Assembly (NCBI GenBank): GCA_038087875.1
Contig: CM075990.1
Location: 2,606,001-2,670,000 of the forward strand
From: Malacoraja senta
Lineage: Eukaryota
Direction of reading: 5' to 3'
DNA: 64,000 nucleotides
The translations under genes and the position numbers were made by a program. Positions 1 to 12,156 of the stretch are shown here, in pieces. Under the pieces are notes generated by a model that had not been told where the DNA came from, did not search any database, and saw only the letters and a program-made list of their open reading frames with translations. Every line of letters begins with the position of its first letter. Positions within the stretch are counted from its first letter, which is position 1.

Positions 1-419
1 AGACTTTAGAGATATAACGTGGAAACTGGCCCTTCGACCCACTGTCTAGAACACTGTGGCGATAATGAGAGATTTTCACACAATGGGTGGTTGAGGCAGG
101 GACTATCCCAACATTTAAAAAGCCAGTTAGACAGGTACATGGATAGGACAGGTTTGGAGTGATATGGACCAAATGCTGGAAGGTGGGACTTGTGTAGCTG
201 GATGTGTGGGCAAGTTGTGCCAAAGGGCCTTTTTCCACACTGTATCACTCCATAAACTATGACTCAATGAGATTGGATAGTCTTGAATTGTTTAGATGGT
301 GAATGATGTTGTTCTGAAATAGAGCGACCCTTCATTCCTTGCCATTGGGATTCAAAAACAGGAGATTTGAAACAATGTAGAAAGAATGGGTTTTAGCCTT
401 CAGACATTACTCAAGACTT

Positions 420-668
420 TAAACAGGCCCTTCGGCCCCACAAGTCGTCACCGACCAACGAACCCCGTACTGAATCGTAAGCGTAATTTTTACCGAAAGC
501 CAATTAACCTGCAAACCAGCACGTCTCTGGAGTGTGGGAGGAAATCGGAGCAGGCGGAGAAAACCCACGCAGGTCACGGGGAGAACGTACAAACTCCGTA
601 CAGGACAGCACCCGTAGTCAGGATCGCACTCGGGTGAGGCAGCAACTCTACCGCTGCGCCACCGTGCC
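420..668 (-). mobile_element. HE1-like tRNA-derived V-SINE
   Basis: Reverse complement has tRNA-like head (A box TGGCGCAGCGG), central GGAGTTTGTACGTTCTCCCCGTGACC domain and GGGCCGAAGGGCCTGTTT tail shared with CR1 3' ends. Confidence 0.85.
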
Positions 669-821
669 GTCCCAGTGATGAACAATGAAAATCTTGCTTG
701 CAGCAACATCACTGCACAAAGACAAACACAAAAACATTAAATATGAATTGCACATAAAATTCTAAAAGCAAGAAATCGGTGCAAAAACATAATTAGAAAA
801 AACATAGGTAATGTTTTAGGT

Positions 822-1030
822 TGGTCTGAAGAAAGGTCTTGAACCTGAAACGTCACACATCCATGTTCTCCAGAGATGTTGCCTGAAGAAGGGTTTCGGC
901 CCGAAACGTTGCCTATCTCCTTCGCTCCATAGACGCTGCTGCACCCGCTGAGTTTCTCCAGCATTTTTGTCTACCTTCGATTTTCCAGCATCTGCAGTTC
1001 CTTCTTAAACAACATGTTGCCTGACCCACT
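822..1030 (+). mobile_element. Penelope-like LTR fragment nested in another (insert 887-1013), two hammerhead motifs
   Basis: Same sequence as the region downstream of the GIY-YIG ORF at 16555-16760; direct repeat ATGTTGCCTGA at 876-886 and 1014-1024; CTGAAGA..GAAACGT cores at 826-854 and 883-910. Confidence 0.8.
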
Positions 1031-1139
1031 CTGCTATCTCATTGTCCATTCCTGCATGTACTTCCTTACATTTGTCCTTGAAACTGAAACCAACTGTCGG
1101 ACCTGGAAACAACAACTTGAGATCCAAATCTCAATCCAA

Positions 1140-2680
1140 CTGAGGAATGGTTGTTGGAATTTAATACTGAAAAATGTGAGGTGTTGCATTTCGGTAGACT
1201 AAAATTGGCAGGACCTACACAGTGAAAGGTAGGGCAGAAGGATTTCAGAGCGCAGGTACAGTACATAGTTCGTTGCAAATTACATCGCTGGTTGACAGAG
1301 TGGTCAAAAAGGCTTTTGGCACATTGGCCTTCATCAGTCAGAGTATTGAGTATAGAAGTTTGGATGTCATGTTGCAGTTGTATGTTGGTGAGGCTGCATC
1401 TAGAGTGTGGTCTTCAATTCATGCACTATGTTATAGGAAAGATGTTGTCAAGTTGGAAAAGTCAAGATGTTGTCAAGTTGTCCGTAGTCGGTGGGGGCGC
1501 TGCGAGCCGGCAGCCCTAGCAGCAGCGTGTTCGTTTTTTCTACTTTTTTTGTTTTTTTAGTGTGTCTTAATGTATGTTTTTAATGTCTCTTGGTGTGTCT
1601 TGTGTGGGGGGTGGTGTGGGGGGGGGGTAAGGGGGAAACCGTTTCAGCCGCCTCCTCCACGGAGAGCTCCAGCTGGCGGTGTCCTGGGCCTGGGATCCCT
1701 TGTTGGGGACCCGGAAGGAGAAGAGCTCCAACTGCCGGATCGCGGCCTACTTCTACCGCGGGCGCAGCGGGGACTTACCATCCGGAGACCCCTTGAGTGG
1801 AGCTTCGACTGCCGGCCCTGCGGTCTGCGGTGCTTCTGGCTGCGGGGACTTTAAATCTTCGACCGCCGGCCTGCGGCCAACACCATCTTGAAGCCGCGGT
1901 CTCCGGTGGGGAGGCACCGATTCAGGACTTACCTGGACTTACCTTGTCTGAACATCTGGACGCCCGCAGCGGCGGCTGCGGAGGGTTAATGTCCCGACCA
2001 CGGGGGAAAATGGAGGAGGACTGGCCAATTTTTGTGCCTTCCACCACAGTGATGAATGCTGTGGTGGATGTTTGTGTTAAATTATTATCGTGTATTGTGT
2101 GTTCTTTTTTCATTGTACCGCTGCTGGCAAATTCATTTCACTTGCACTTTATGTGCAAGTGACGAATAAAACTTGACTTGACTTGAAAAGGTGCAGAGAA
2201 GATTTACGAGGATGTTGCCAGGACTTGAGGGCCTGCGCTACAGGAAGAGATTGAGCAGGCCAGGTTTCTATTCCTTGGAGTGCAGGAGGAAGAGGCGTGA
2301 TCTTAAAGAGGTGTACAAAATCAAGAGAGTAATAGATCGGGTAGACGCACACAGTCTCTTGCCCAGAGTAGGGGAATCAAGAACCAGAGGACATAGGTTC
2401 AAGGTGAAGGGGAAAAGATTTAATAGGAATCTGTGGGCTAACCTTTTCACACAAAGGATGGTGGGTGCATGGAACAAGCTGCCAGAGGAGGTAGTTGAGG
2501 CAGGGACTATTGCAATGTGTAAGAAACATTTAGACAGGTACATGGATAGGACAGGTTTAGAGGGATATGGGCTAAACGCCAATAGGCAGGTGGGACTAGT
2601 GTAGCTGGGACATGTCGGCCGTTGTGGGCAAGTTGGGCAGAAGGGCCTGTTTCCATGCTGTATCACTCTATGACATAATG
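1140..2680 (+). mobile_element. Degraded CR1 (HER1-like) LINE 3' region interrupted by a retroposon at ~1461-2186
   Basis: Translations DRVVKKAFGTLAFISQSIEYRS.. and QRRFTRMLPGLEGL..RTRGHRFKV..FTQRMVGAWNKLP match CR1 ORF2 C-terminus; reading continues across the insert (KDVVKLEK|VQRRFTR). Confidence 0.9.
1481..2186 (+). mobile_element. GC-rich structured non-autonomous retroposon, copy B, (ACTTG)n tail
   Basis: T tract, G run + GGGGGAAAC, GC-rich body, core hairpin 2040-2068, AATAAA plus microsatellite tail; inserted in CR1. Confidence 0.75.
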
Positions 2681-3575
2681 ACCCAGGATAAATCAGGTGC
2701 CGTGACTCTATACGATACGATACGATACGATAGAACTTTATTTATCCCAGGAGGGAAATTGATCTGCCAACAGTCATATAACACAAAATACACGATCATG
2801 AAATTAAAGTGAAAGGATTGGGGATGTGCAAAGATTGTGGAAGGATGGAGAGGGTGGGGGGAGGGTGGGGGGGAGGAGAGTCAGTTTGAGGAGCATCCTC
2901 CCCCCCTCCAAGACCACCTCCCCCAGGATGGAGCCAGCCTTCCTGATGAGTTTGTTAATCCTATTAACATGTTGTTTGTGGATATGCTATTGGGAACTAA
3001 TAATTTTCACTGAGCAGATGAGAAAAAAACAATACTGAAATTGGGGAGTTTCTATGCAAAGAACTGTCAGAATCCAGATGTTGCAACATCTGCTGATCTG
3101 AAAAGCAACATCCGGCTCCAGAAAAGCAACACCATGTCTCAGGGAATGCTGGTGCTAACATTACTGGAATAAATCAGTCCCTGCTGAGCATGGATGAGAT
3201 CTCCTGCTATCTGGGTATACGACGCAACAGATGGGAATGCACTTGATATTGTTGTCATTCTTATAATTACCAGCCCTTAAAACCAGAGAGAGCGAGGTAA
3301 GCTATCCATGGTCAAAGCACTGCAGATGTTGGAAAGCTGAAACCAGTACGTACACAGCAGACCAGGCGGAGTCTGTGGAGAGAGAATGAGAAACCAAATG
3401 GAGGTGCCAAGGTGAAGGAGAACCACAATAATCTCATTGACCACAAGACCATAATACGTTGGAGCAGAATTAGCCCGAAGAGCTAAATCTACCTCTCTCT
3501 TGAATACATCATTGATACATGCTCGATTAGTCAGGGCATCAAGGGTTACAGGAGGAAGGCAGGAGAGTGAGGTTA

Positions 3576-4141
3576 CATAGATACATAGAAATTAGGTGCA
3601 GGAGTAGGCCATTCGGCCCTTCGAGCCTGCACCGCCATTCAATACGATCATGGCTGATCATCCAACTCAGTATCCCGTACCTGCCTTCTCTCCATACCCC
3701 CTGATCCCTTTAGCCACAAGGGCCACATCTAATTCCCTCTTAAATATAGCCAATGAACTGGCCTCAACTACCCTCTGTGGCAGAGAGTTCCAGAGATTCA
3801 CCACTCTCTGTGTGAAAAAGTTTTTCCTCATCTCGGTCTTAAAGGATTTTCCCCTTATCCTTAAGCTGTGACCCCTTGTCCTGGACTTCCCCAACATCGG
3901 GAACAATCTTCCTGCATCTAGCCTGTCCAACCCCATAAGAATCTTGTACGTTTCTATAAGATCCCCTCTCAATCTCCTAAATTCTAGCGAGTATAAGCCA
4001 AGTCTATCCAGTCTTTCTTCATATGAAAGTCCTGACATCCCAGGAATCAGTCTGGTGAACCTTCTCTGCACTCCCTCTATGGCTATAATGTCCTTCCTCA
4101 GATTTGGAGACCAAAACTGTACGCAATACTCCAGGTGTGGA
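3576..4141 (-). mobile_element. Young 5'-truncated CR1 LINE 3' end
   Basis: Open frame PHLEYCVQFWSP..GEKAGTGY; near-identical to 37052-37490 and 59624-60016; CTATGTAT-type tail. Confidence 0.95.
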
Positions 4142-4299
4142 AATATAGAACAGGAATGATCGTAGAAGGTCACGACCAGAAACTTCGCCCATTCCTTCTA
4201 TCCAGAGATGCTGCCTGTCCTGCTTAGTTACTCCAGCATTTTGTCTCTACCTTAGCTATGATTGATGGTATGTGCTTTCACATTTGTGTATCTTCTGCC

Positions 4300-5200
4300 A
4301 CACGGGAGAGGGGAGAAGCGGGAATGACCAGGGTATCAGTGGTCCTTGGTTACAATGTCTGCCTTCTCAAGGCAGTGTGATGTATACATAGATGGAGTTG
4401 ATGGGGAGGAGGGGGGTTAGTGTTATGGACTGGGCTGTATTCACAACACTCTGCAGTTTCTTGCAGTTTTTTAATTTTTTAATTTTTCTTAAATCAAACA
4501 TATATATTCAAACATTAACATAATATATACAGTGCAGTAAGAAACGAAACAGAACCCACAAACATAATACACGACAAACGATAACCTATTATACAACTAA
4601 CTTACACTCCTTGTCAAGGATACATTCCACCCCCCGTGGTACCCAGCGGTCCCGGAAACCCCCCAGGGTGCCCGTGGACAGCGGTTACTACCTCTCTAGC
4701 ACCACCCAGGCACGGACGTAACCCCGGAAAAGGGGCAGGCAGCTGGCTCGGGCAGAGCTCTCTTCCGCCTGGCGCCCTGACTCGCGGACGGCCAGCTTGG
4801 CCAGGCCCAGGAGCAACCTGACCAGGACATCTTTGGCCCTCCCCTCTCCCCTACGCACAGGGTGTCCACAGATGAGGATGGTGGGTGTGAAGGTCAGACA
4901 GAAGGCAAGGAGCAGCCGCTTTAGGTATTGGAACAGTGGCTGCAGCCTCATATACACGTGGAACACAGACTCTTCCAGCCGGCAAACGTGGCAGGCGGCT
5001 GGCGAGTCTGTGAACCGCGAGAGAAACCGGTTGCAGGGAACACCTCGGTGCAATACCCTCCACCCCTTCTTGCAGTCTTGGGCAGAGCCGTTGCCATTCC
5101 AAGCTGGGATGCATCCCGGCAGGTTGCGTTCTATGGTGCAGTGGTAGAGATTGGTAAGAACCAATGGAGACATGTGGAATATCTTTAGCCATCTGTGTGC
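4300..5200 (-). mobile_element. Rex1/Babar LINE fragment split by a Tx1 insertion
   Basis: LTNLYHCTIE..AWNGNGSAQDCKK before the insert continues as CKKLQSVVNTAQ after it. Confidence 0.8.
4468..5066 (-). mobile_element. 5'-truncated Tx1/L1-clade LINE 3' end (zinc-knuckle region + A-rich tail)
   Basis: WRVLHRGVPCN..CHVC..ESVFHVY motif; A-rich tail; 10-bp TSD TTCTTGCAGT at 4458-4467 and 5067-5076. Confidence 0.85.
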
Positions 5201-5229
5201 GAAGGAACTGCACCTTGAATCTTCATTTC

Positions 5230-5470
5230 TTTCATATGTTCATAAGTGATAGGAGCAGAATTTGCCCACCAAGTCTACTCCGCCATTCAATCACAGCTGA
5301 TCTATCTCTCCCTCCTAACCCCATTCTCCTGCCTTCTCCCCATAACCCCTGTCACCCGTACTAATCACGAATCTATCTATCCCAGCCTTAAAAATATCCA
5401 TTGACGGCCTCCACAGCCGTCTGTGGCAATGAATTCCACAGATTCACCACCCTCTGACAATAAATTCCTC
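5230..5470 (-). mobile_element. CR1 LINE 3' end fragment
   Basis: Reverse complement of CAGAGGGTGGTGAATCTGTGGAATTC..GGGGAGAAGGCAGGAGAATGGGG. Confidence 0.85.
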
Positions 5471-6093
5471 CTCGTGCTTCTCAGTTCTGAAGGAGGGCCT
5501 TCAACCTGTAACATTAACCGTTTCTCTCTCCACAGCTAAACCAGCGGAATGTTTCCACCACAGTTGCCATCTTGCCCGGCACCGCCAGCCTGTGGTGGTG
5601 GCACTGAGTACTCGGAGTGAGCGAGATGCATTGGCACCTGCCTGTGGTTCTGACCAAGCTGCAGCCAACGTGGGCAGCAAAGTAGTGGACAGAGGGGGCT
5701 TCAAGCATTCATGGTGCTGGCACTTCCTTGCGGGCGCTGGGCACCAGAATGTGTGCCCACCCACAACAACAACCTTGTGCTGAATTAGACAAGAGAATCA
5801 CACAGGCAGGCAGCGTGCCATGCACATGTAATGCCACATTGAGAATTGCCAAGTGGTGCCAGGTCACCTGGCGGCTCCCAGATCTCATATTCCCGATGAC
5901 GTTCCAACATTCAAAACCCACTCTGGGAAGACAGAGTGCAGGACGGCACAACTCCTGGGGGATTGGACTCCTCTCTGCATTGACTGATGCACCCTTCTCA
6001 CTGACAGCCACAAAGCAAAGAGGCTTTCCAGTGAAGTCCTTGCCTTAAGAGGAGAGCTCGGAGAGGAATGGTTCGGAGTCATGCAACGTTACT

Positions 6094-6409
6094 AGGACGG
6101 CACAGTGGTGCAGCGGCAGAGTTGCTGCCTCACGGCGCCAGAGACCAGGGTTCGATCCAGACTACCGGTACTGTCTGTATGGAGTTTGCACGTTCTCCCT
6201 GTGACCGCGTGGGCTTACTCCGAGACATCTGGTTTCCTCCCACACTGCAAAGACGTACAGGATTGTAGGTTAATTGGCTTGGTATAAATATTAAATTGTC
6301 CCTGGTGTGTGTAGGATAGTGTTAATGCGCAGGTCTCGCTGGTCGGTGAGGAGTCGAAGGGCCACGGGGCCTGTTTCCTCGCTGCATCTCAAAACTAAAC
6401 TGAACTAAA
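6094..6409 (+). mobile_element. HE1-like V-SINE, full length
   Basis: A/B boxes (TGGTGCAGCGG, GGTTCGATCC), central domain, (TAAAC)n tail. Confidence 0.9.
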
Positions 6410-6610
6410 GTTATTCCAGAGTAATCCTTGAAGGTAGAGGATCAAAGGGGATGGGGGGGGGGGGGGGGCAGGGGGAGCAAAGGAGACACATCTCAATGCA
6501 ACGTTTCCCAGTCAATATGTATGGAACGGTGCAGCACAAGAACAGGAACAGAGACTGAAAATTGTAACATCCAGGTTCAGGAACAGCTACTTCCCTACAA
6601 CCATCAGGCT

Positions 6611-7108
6611 TAGAGTTGCCAACTGTCCCGTATTGGCTGGGACATGCCGTATTTTGGGCTAAATTGGTTTGTCCCATACGGGACCGCCCTTGCCCTGTAT
6701 TTGACTGCTACTACTCGGGTCGAGGGGACTGTCGGGTCGGAGCGCCGCGTCCGGCCCCGCCTCATCCGTCCCGACGTAGTGCAGCCCATGGAGTGCAGCA
6801 GCAGCGCATCGCCCGTGGCCCCGTCGGTCGGCAGCCCGACCATCCCGTACCGCCGACACCACCACCCCTTCTTCTCACGGCCAATCATCGGTTCATGAGT
6901 TGGATGGGGTGCCGGACTTTACGCGCGATGTCGCACGGGCCAAAACTCCTCAGCTGGCCCGCCGGCTGGGCTTTGTGTGCAGTCCAGCACCCGGGCCAAC
7001 ATCATTCACCCAGCCACAGCCCAGTCTGTCAACGAATTGCCGTCGGGAATTTGTCCCTTATTTTGACCTTTTGTCCCTTATTTGGGAGTGAGAACATTGG
7101 CAACCCTA
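6611..7108 (+). mobile_element. Non-autonomous hAT DNA transposon (Blackjack-like termini), 498 bp
   Basis: TIRs TAGAGTTGCCAA / TTGGCAACCCTA; perfect 8-bp TSD ATCAGGCT at 6603-6610 and 7109-7116; subterminal TGTCCC/GGGAC motifs; splits a Rex1 fragment. Confidence 0.9.
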
Positions 7109-7765
7109 ATCAGGCTATTAAATACTACAACCTCCATTAAGCCCTGAACTACATAGACTATTGTTGTTATTCATACACTATTATTATTATTTTTTGTTTT
7201 TTAATGTGTACGTATATGTATATATATCTATATATATATATATATATATGTATGAGAAGATAGACACAAATAGCTGGAGTAACTTAGCGGGACAGGCAGC
7301 ATCTCTGGAGGAAAAGGATGGGTGATGTTTTGGGTCGGAACCCTTCTTCAGACATTTAATCTGCCTGCACTTACTCCATATCCCTCCATTCCTAGGCATG
7401 TCCATATACCGACCCAAACAACTCTTAAATGCCACTATTCCCCAAGAAACTTCTGTGGTATTAACTTTTCACAATAATGCAGTCAAGAAAATGTCAACAG
7501 GAGGAATTGAAGGGCAATAACAACAGATCATTGCCATGTACGTTATCCAAATGAAGATTGCTGCTGTTAAGTAGGTGAGGAGAGGTGCTGTCTGGCCTTT
7601 TGCCTGCACTTTACTGCAGTACTGGTGCAAGGCAGCACTGGCTACATGCTACTGTTTGAGGGGTGCCAGTCATTGCTTGGCACCATTTAAAGGCAACATG
7701 GCAACGTGTGAGATGATATGGACTTCGAAGAGTCCAGCTTCAGTGCTCCGCTTCCCATCATTGCG

Positions 7766-8085
7766 ACACGGTGGCGCAGCGGTAGAGTTGCTGCCTCACA
7801 GCGCCAGAGACCCGGGTTCGATCCTGACTACGGGTGCTGTCTGTACGGAGTTTGTACGTTCTCCCCGTGACCTGCGTGGGTTTTCTCCGGGTGCTCTGGT
7901 TTCCTCCCGCACTCCGAAGACGTACAGATTTGTAGGTTAATTGGCTTCGGTAAAGATTGTAAATTGCCCCTAGTGTGTAGGATAGTGCTGGTGTACGTGG
8001 GTGATCAGTGGTCAGCGCGGACTCAGTGGGCCAAAGGGCACGTTTCTGCGCCATATCTCTAAACTAAAACTAAACAAACTAAAAA
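7766..8085 (+). mobile_element. HE1-like V-SINE, full length
   Basis: Canonical head, central domain and tail. Confidence 0.9.
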
Positions 8086-8154
8086 AACAAAAATGATCGC
8101 AAGCACACCAGGCAATCTATCCCTGGAGCACAGATTGCAATGTCACCTGTACCA

Positions 8155-8515
8155 TGATGGCAGCTTACAGCCCAATGCTATGAATATTGATGTTTCTAAC
8201 TTCAAGTAATCCCCTCTCTCTCCATCCCTCCCCCACCCAAGACAGTGTATTAGTTTCAATGTCATCTTGTTGAGTTTCATTGTCTGTAACTAGTTTTCAC
8301 CTAGCCCACAGCTACCTGTTCCTTTATCATAGTTACTTTTTGGCATATCTTTCACTCTTTTTTAAAATATCTCTCCACATCACCGTCTATATCTCTCGTT
8401 TCCCTCTCCCCCGACTCTCAGTCTGAAGGAGGGTCTTGACCCGAAATGTCACCCATTCCTTTTCTCCAGAGATGCTGCCTGACTCGCTGAGTTACTCCAG
8501 GATTTTGTGTATATC
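8155..8515 (+). mobile_element. Penelope-like element 3' end (ORF terminus, UTR, LTR)
   Basis: GSLQPNAMNIDVSNFK* resembles the end of the GIY-YIG ORF; followed by degenerate hammerhead motif at 8423-8450. Confidence 0.8.
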
Positions 8516-8833
8516 TTCCATAAGAGGCGCTGGTCCATGTACAGGAAGTGTCCAGCATTCTTCACCACACTCTGCCAGCTTACCCTTTCCCTTTCTCATG
8601 CCTATCTATTGTCTGTTCCATTTGCCAAGGCCAGTCAAATGGATGATAACAAATGTAATGTTTTCACCAAAGATAGACACTAAGTGCTGGAGTAACTCAG
8701 CGGGTCAGGCAGCATCTCTGGAGAAAAAGGATGAGTGACGTTTTGGATCCGGACCCTTCTTCAGACTGAAAGTAGGGAATGGAAGGGGGGGGGAGGGGAG
8801 GGGGGCGGTGGTGAAGTGCTGTAGATGAGAAAA

Positions 8834-9865
8834 TAATAATAATAATAATAATAGATTTTATTTAAGGGCGCCTATACAAAGGTCTCAAGGACACCTTACA
8901 AAATTTAACAAAGAAACATATAATCAGAGTAAAATAAGTTATAAAGACATCACCAATACATAAATTAAAGACAGAAGTTCGATCCAAAATAGACAACAAC
9001 AAAATTCAGAAACACAATGTGAAGGGAGAGCAGCGGCAGCCAAACCGCGCCAGCGTCCACTCTCCCTTCCGACCGCCATCTTGGACATAGACTAACATAG
9101 ACACTACACATTACACACAAAATCATCCCCCCGCAATGGTCACCACTATGGGGGAAGGCACAATGTCCAGTCCTCAACCCCAGTTCTCCCCAAAGTCAGG
9201 CCTATTGAGGCCTCCACAGGTGCCTCTACGGAGGCCCGGAGTTCCTGGCCGTTCTCGCCGGGTGCCATTGCCCCGGCGTCGGGAGAGTCCTCACAGCGGC
9301 TGGGACGGCTGGAACGGCCGATTCCCTACCGGAGTCCGTGGCACCTGAAGCCGACAAGGCCGCGCCGATTTGGAGCTCTGAGGCTCCCGATGTTAAAGTC
9401 GGCGCCGCCGCCCGCGGCTGGCCGCTCCGCAGACCCGCAGCCCGGAGGTGTTGAGCTCGGCGGTCACAGCTCACCGGAGCTCCAGCGCGTCGATCCAGCG
9501 CGGCGACCCAGGCAAGGCATCGCCCGCTCCGCTCCACGATAGCGCTCCAGCACTGTGCCGCCACCGAAGCTGAAGGTGCTGGGGAGTCCCCGCCAGGAAA
9601 CGCCGCTCCAGGCCTGCTGGTAGGCCGCGAGGACGGGTCGACGGGGCAGCCCGGAGAAAAAGCTGCCTCACCGACCAGGTAGGGACCTAGAAATAGTTTC
9701 CCCCATTACCCCCCCACAAGAAAAGTCAAATTCCCCAGCAAACATAGACAGACACAGTTAACTAAAAACTAAAGAAAAAAGTGAAATTAACGGACGGCTG
9801 CTGGTTAGCTGGTTAGCAGCCGTTCCCCAAGATGGCTCCTCCTACATCTACCATCCTCCTACCAT
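8834..9865 (-). mobile_element. GC-rich structured non-autonomous retroposon, copy A1 (full length), (TAT)n tail
   Basis: TSD TGAGAAAA at 8826-8833 and 9866-9873; homologous to 38011-38386 and 63543-64000; hairpins at 9636-9676 and 9126-9155. Confidence 0.85.
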
Positions 9866-9880
9866 TGAGAAAAGACCATT

Positions 9881-10194
9881 GGTGCAGCGGTAGAGTTGCT
9901 AACTTACAGCAAATGCAGCACCGGAGACCCAGGTTCGATCCCGACTATGGGTGCTGTCTATACGGAGTTTGTACGTTCTCCCCGTGACCTGTGTGGGTTC
10001 TCTCTGAGATCTTCGGTTTCCTCCCACACTCCAAAGACTTATAGGTTTGCAGGTTAATTGTCTTGGTAAATGTAAGAATTGACCATAGTGGGTGTAGGAT
10101 AGTGTAAATATGTGGGGATCGCTAGTCGGTGCGGACCCGGTGGGCCGAAGGGCCTGTTTCCATGCTGTATCTCTAAACTAAATTAAACTAAATT
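9881..10194 (+). mobile_element. HE1-like V-SINE
   Basis: Head, central domain and tail present. Confidence 0.9.
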
Positions 10195-10269
10195 AGTACC
10201 AATCAGGGCCGGCCACAAATGACCTGAGGCAGTCCAGGACTTTCCTCCTGGCAGAGGTATAAAAAAGAC

Positions 10270-10712
10270 ATATGATGAACTTTTATCGGCACTGGGCCTC
10301 TACTTGTGGGAGTTTAGAAGGATGAGAGAAGGTCTCATTGCAACTTACAGAATAGTGAAGGGCCTGGATTGAGTGGATGTGGAGAGGATGTTTCCACTAG
10401 TGGGAGAGTCTAGGACCAGAGGGCACAGCCTAGGAATAAAAGGACTTACCTTTACAAAGATGAGGAGTAATTTCTTTAATCAGAGGGTGGTGAAACTGTG
10501 GAATTCATTGCCACAGACAGCTGTGGAGGCCGTCAATGGGTATTTTTATGGCAGAGATTGACAGATTCTTGATTAGTGTGGGTGTCAGGGGTTATGGGGA
10601 GAAGGCAGGAGAATGGGGTTGAGACGGAAAGATGGATCAGTCATAATTGAATGGCGGAGTGGACCCGATGGGCTGAATGGCCTAATTCTGTTGCTATCAC
10701 TTATGAACTTAT
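10270..10712 (+). mobile_element. CR1 LINE 3' end
   Basis: DVERMFPLVGESRTRGHSL..FFNQRVVKLWNSLP. Confidence 0.9.
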
Positions 10713-12156
10713 AAAGACAGGGAATTATAGTCTGCATCAGTGGTGTAAAAATGCAGGAGTACTTCAGAAAGGATGTAATAGACGGGACTGTAGAAGAGAG
10801 ACATGATCAGGCTAAGCCATTTGTAAAAGGAAAATCATGGTTGAAAAATACACTAAATTTGTGAATATAGCAAAAATCAGATGAGGGTTAACCATTAGAT
10901 GTGATGAACTTTGATTTTTAAAAGGTAGACACAAAACGCTGGAGTAACTCAGCGGGACAGGCAGCATCTCTGGAGAGAAGGAATAGGGGACATTTCGGGT
11001 CGAGACGCATCTGAATTCCTTTTCTATCCCTTCTCTCCAAAGATGCTGCCTGTCCTGCTGAGTTACTTCCGCATTTCTGTGTCTATCTTTGGTTTAAACC
11101 AGCATCTGCAGTTCCTTCTTACACATTTAATTTTCAATAGGTCCACAGAAGAGATTGGTATGAATGTAAAAAAGAACTTGCAGATGCTGGAAATCTGGAA
11201 TAAGAGTAAAAAATGCTGGGAAACCCAGCAGGTCAGGCAACATCCAAAGAGAGAGAAACAATCAACGTTTCAGGATGAAGAGTTTATTCATTCTCATTTT
11301 TATGAAGGGTCATCAACTGGTGGCTTTAACTGTATCTCCTTCCACAGATGCTGCCTGACCGGCTGAGTTTATTTCTCCCAGCATTTTCAGTTTAATTTTA
11401 TACTAGAGATTTGCTTACAATGCTAAAACATAGGGTTTAATTTAGTTTAGACAATAGACAATAGACAATAGGTGCAGGAGAAGGCCATTCGGCCCTTCGA
11501 GCCAGCACTGCCATTCAATGTGATCATGGCTGATCATCCCCAATCAGTACCCCGTTCCTGCCTTTTCCCCATATCCCCTGACTCTGCTATCTTTAAGAGC
11601 CCTATCTAGCTCTCTCTTGAAAGCATCCAGAGAACCTGCCTCCACCGCCCTCTGCTGCAGCTTTACAGTCTTTGCCCTGGGGTCTGTTTCCGTGTTGCAT
11701 GACCCGATGACTCTGGGTACAGAGCGCCGAGCTTAAGGCATTACCTGAGCATCTGAATTGTATTTGGTTCCTGACCAGGAATTCAACATCACTCTAATGA
11801 CCAAAGATTAAAAAAACTGCAGCCACTGAAATCCAAATTGAAGTGGTGGAGATACCCAGCAAGTCAGGTAGCCTGGGCAGAAAGGAACTGCAGATGCTGA
11901 TTTACACCAAAGGTGGACACAAAATGCTGGAGTAACCCAGGGGGGTCAGGCAGCATCTCTGGAGAAAAAGCGCTGAAGGGCAGCAACTCTACCGCTACGC
12001 CCTAATTCTTCACACCAATTCTAACTGATTTTGAGCACGGCAGGCAGTCTCACCAGTATTGCGTCCTTTCCACGTTACCATTGCTCTGGTCATCTATTCC
12101 GAGCTCTGTAATGTTGCATCTGACAATTATTTCCATTAGCCTTCACACGTCATTGA

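Noticed and set aside
5501..6082. Short overlapping ORFs in non-repeat DNA
   Set aside because: No recognisable protein similarity or convincing splice-site pair
6616..7140. 174-aa ORF and other ORFs in GC-rich elements (also 57276-58110, 43012-43404)
   Set aside because: Lie within non-autonomous elements, frames are not preserved between copies, no recognisable domain
7766..7840. tRNA-like sequences with A and B boxes
   Set aside because: These are SINE heads continuing into the SINE body, not tRNA genes
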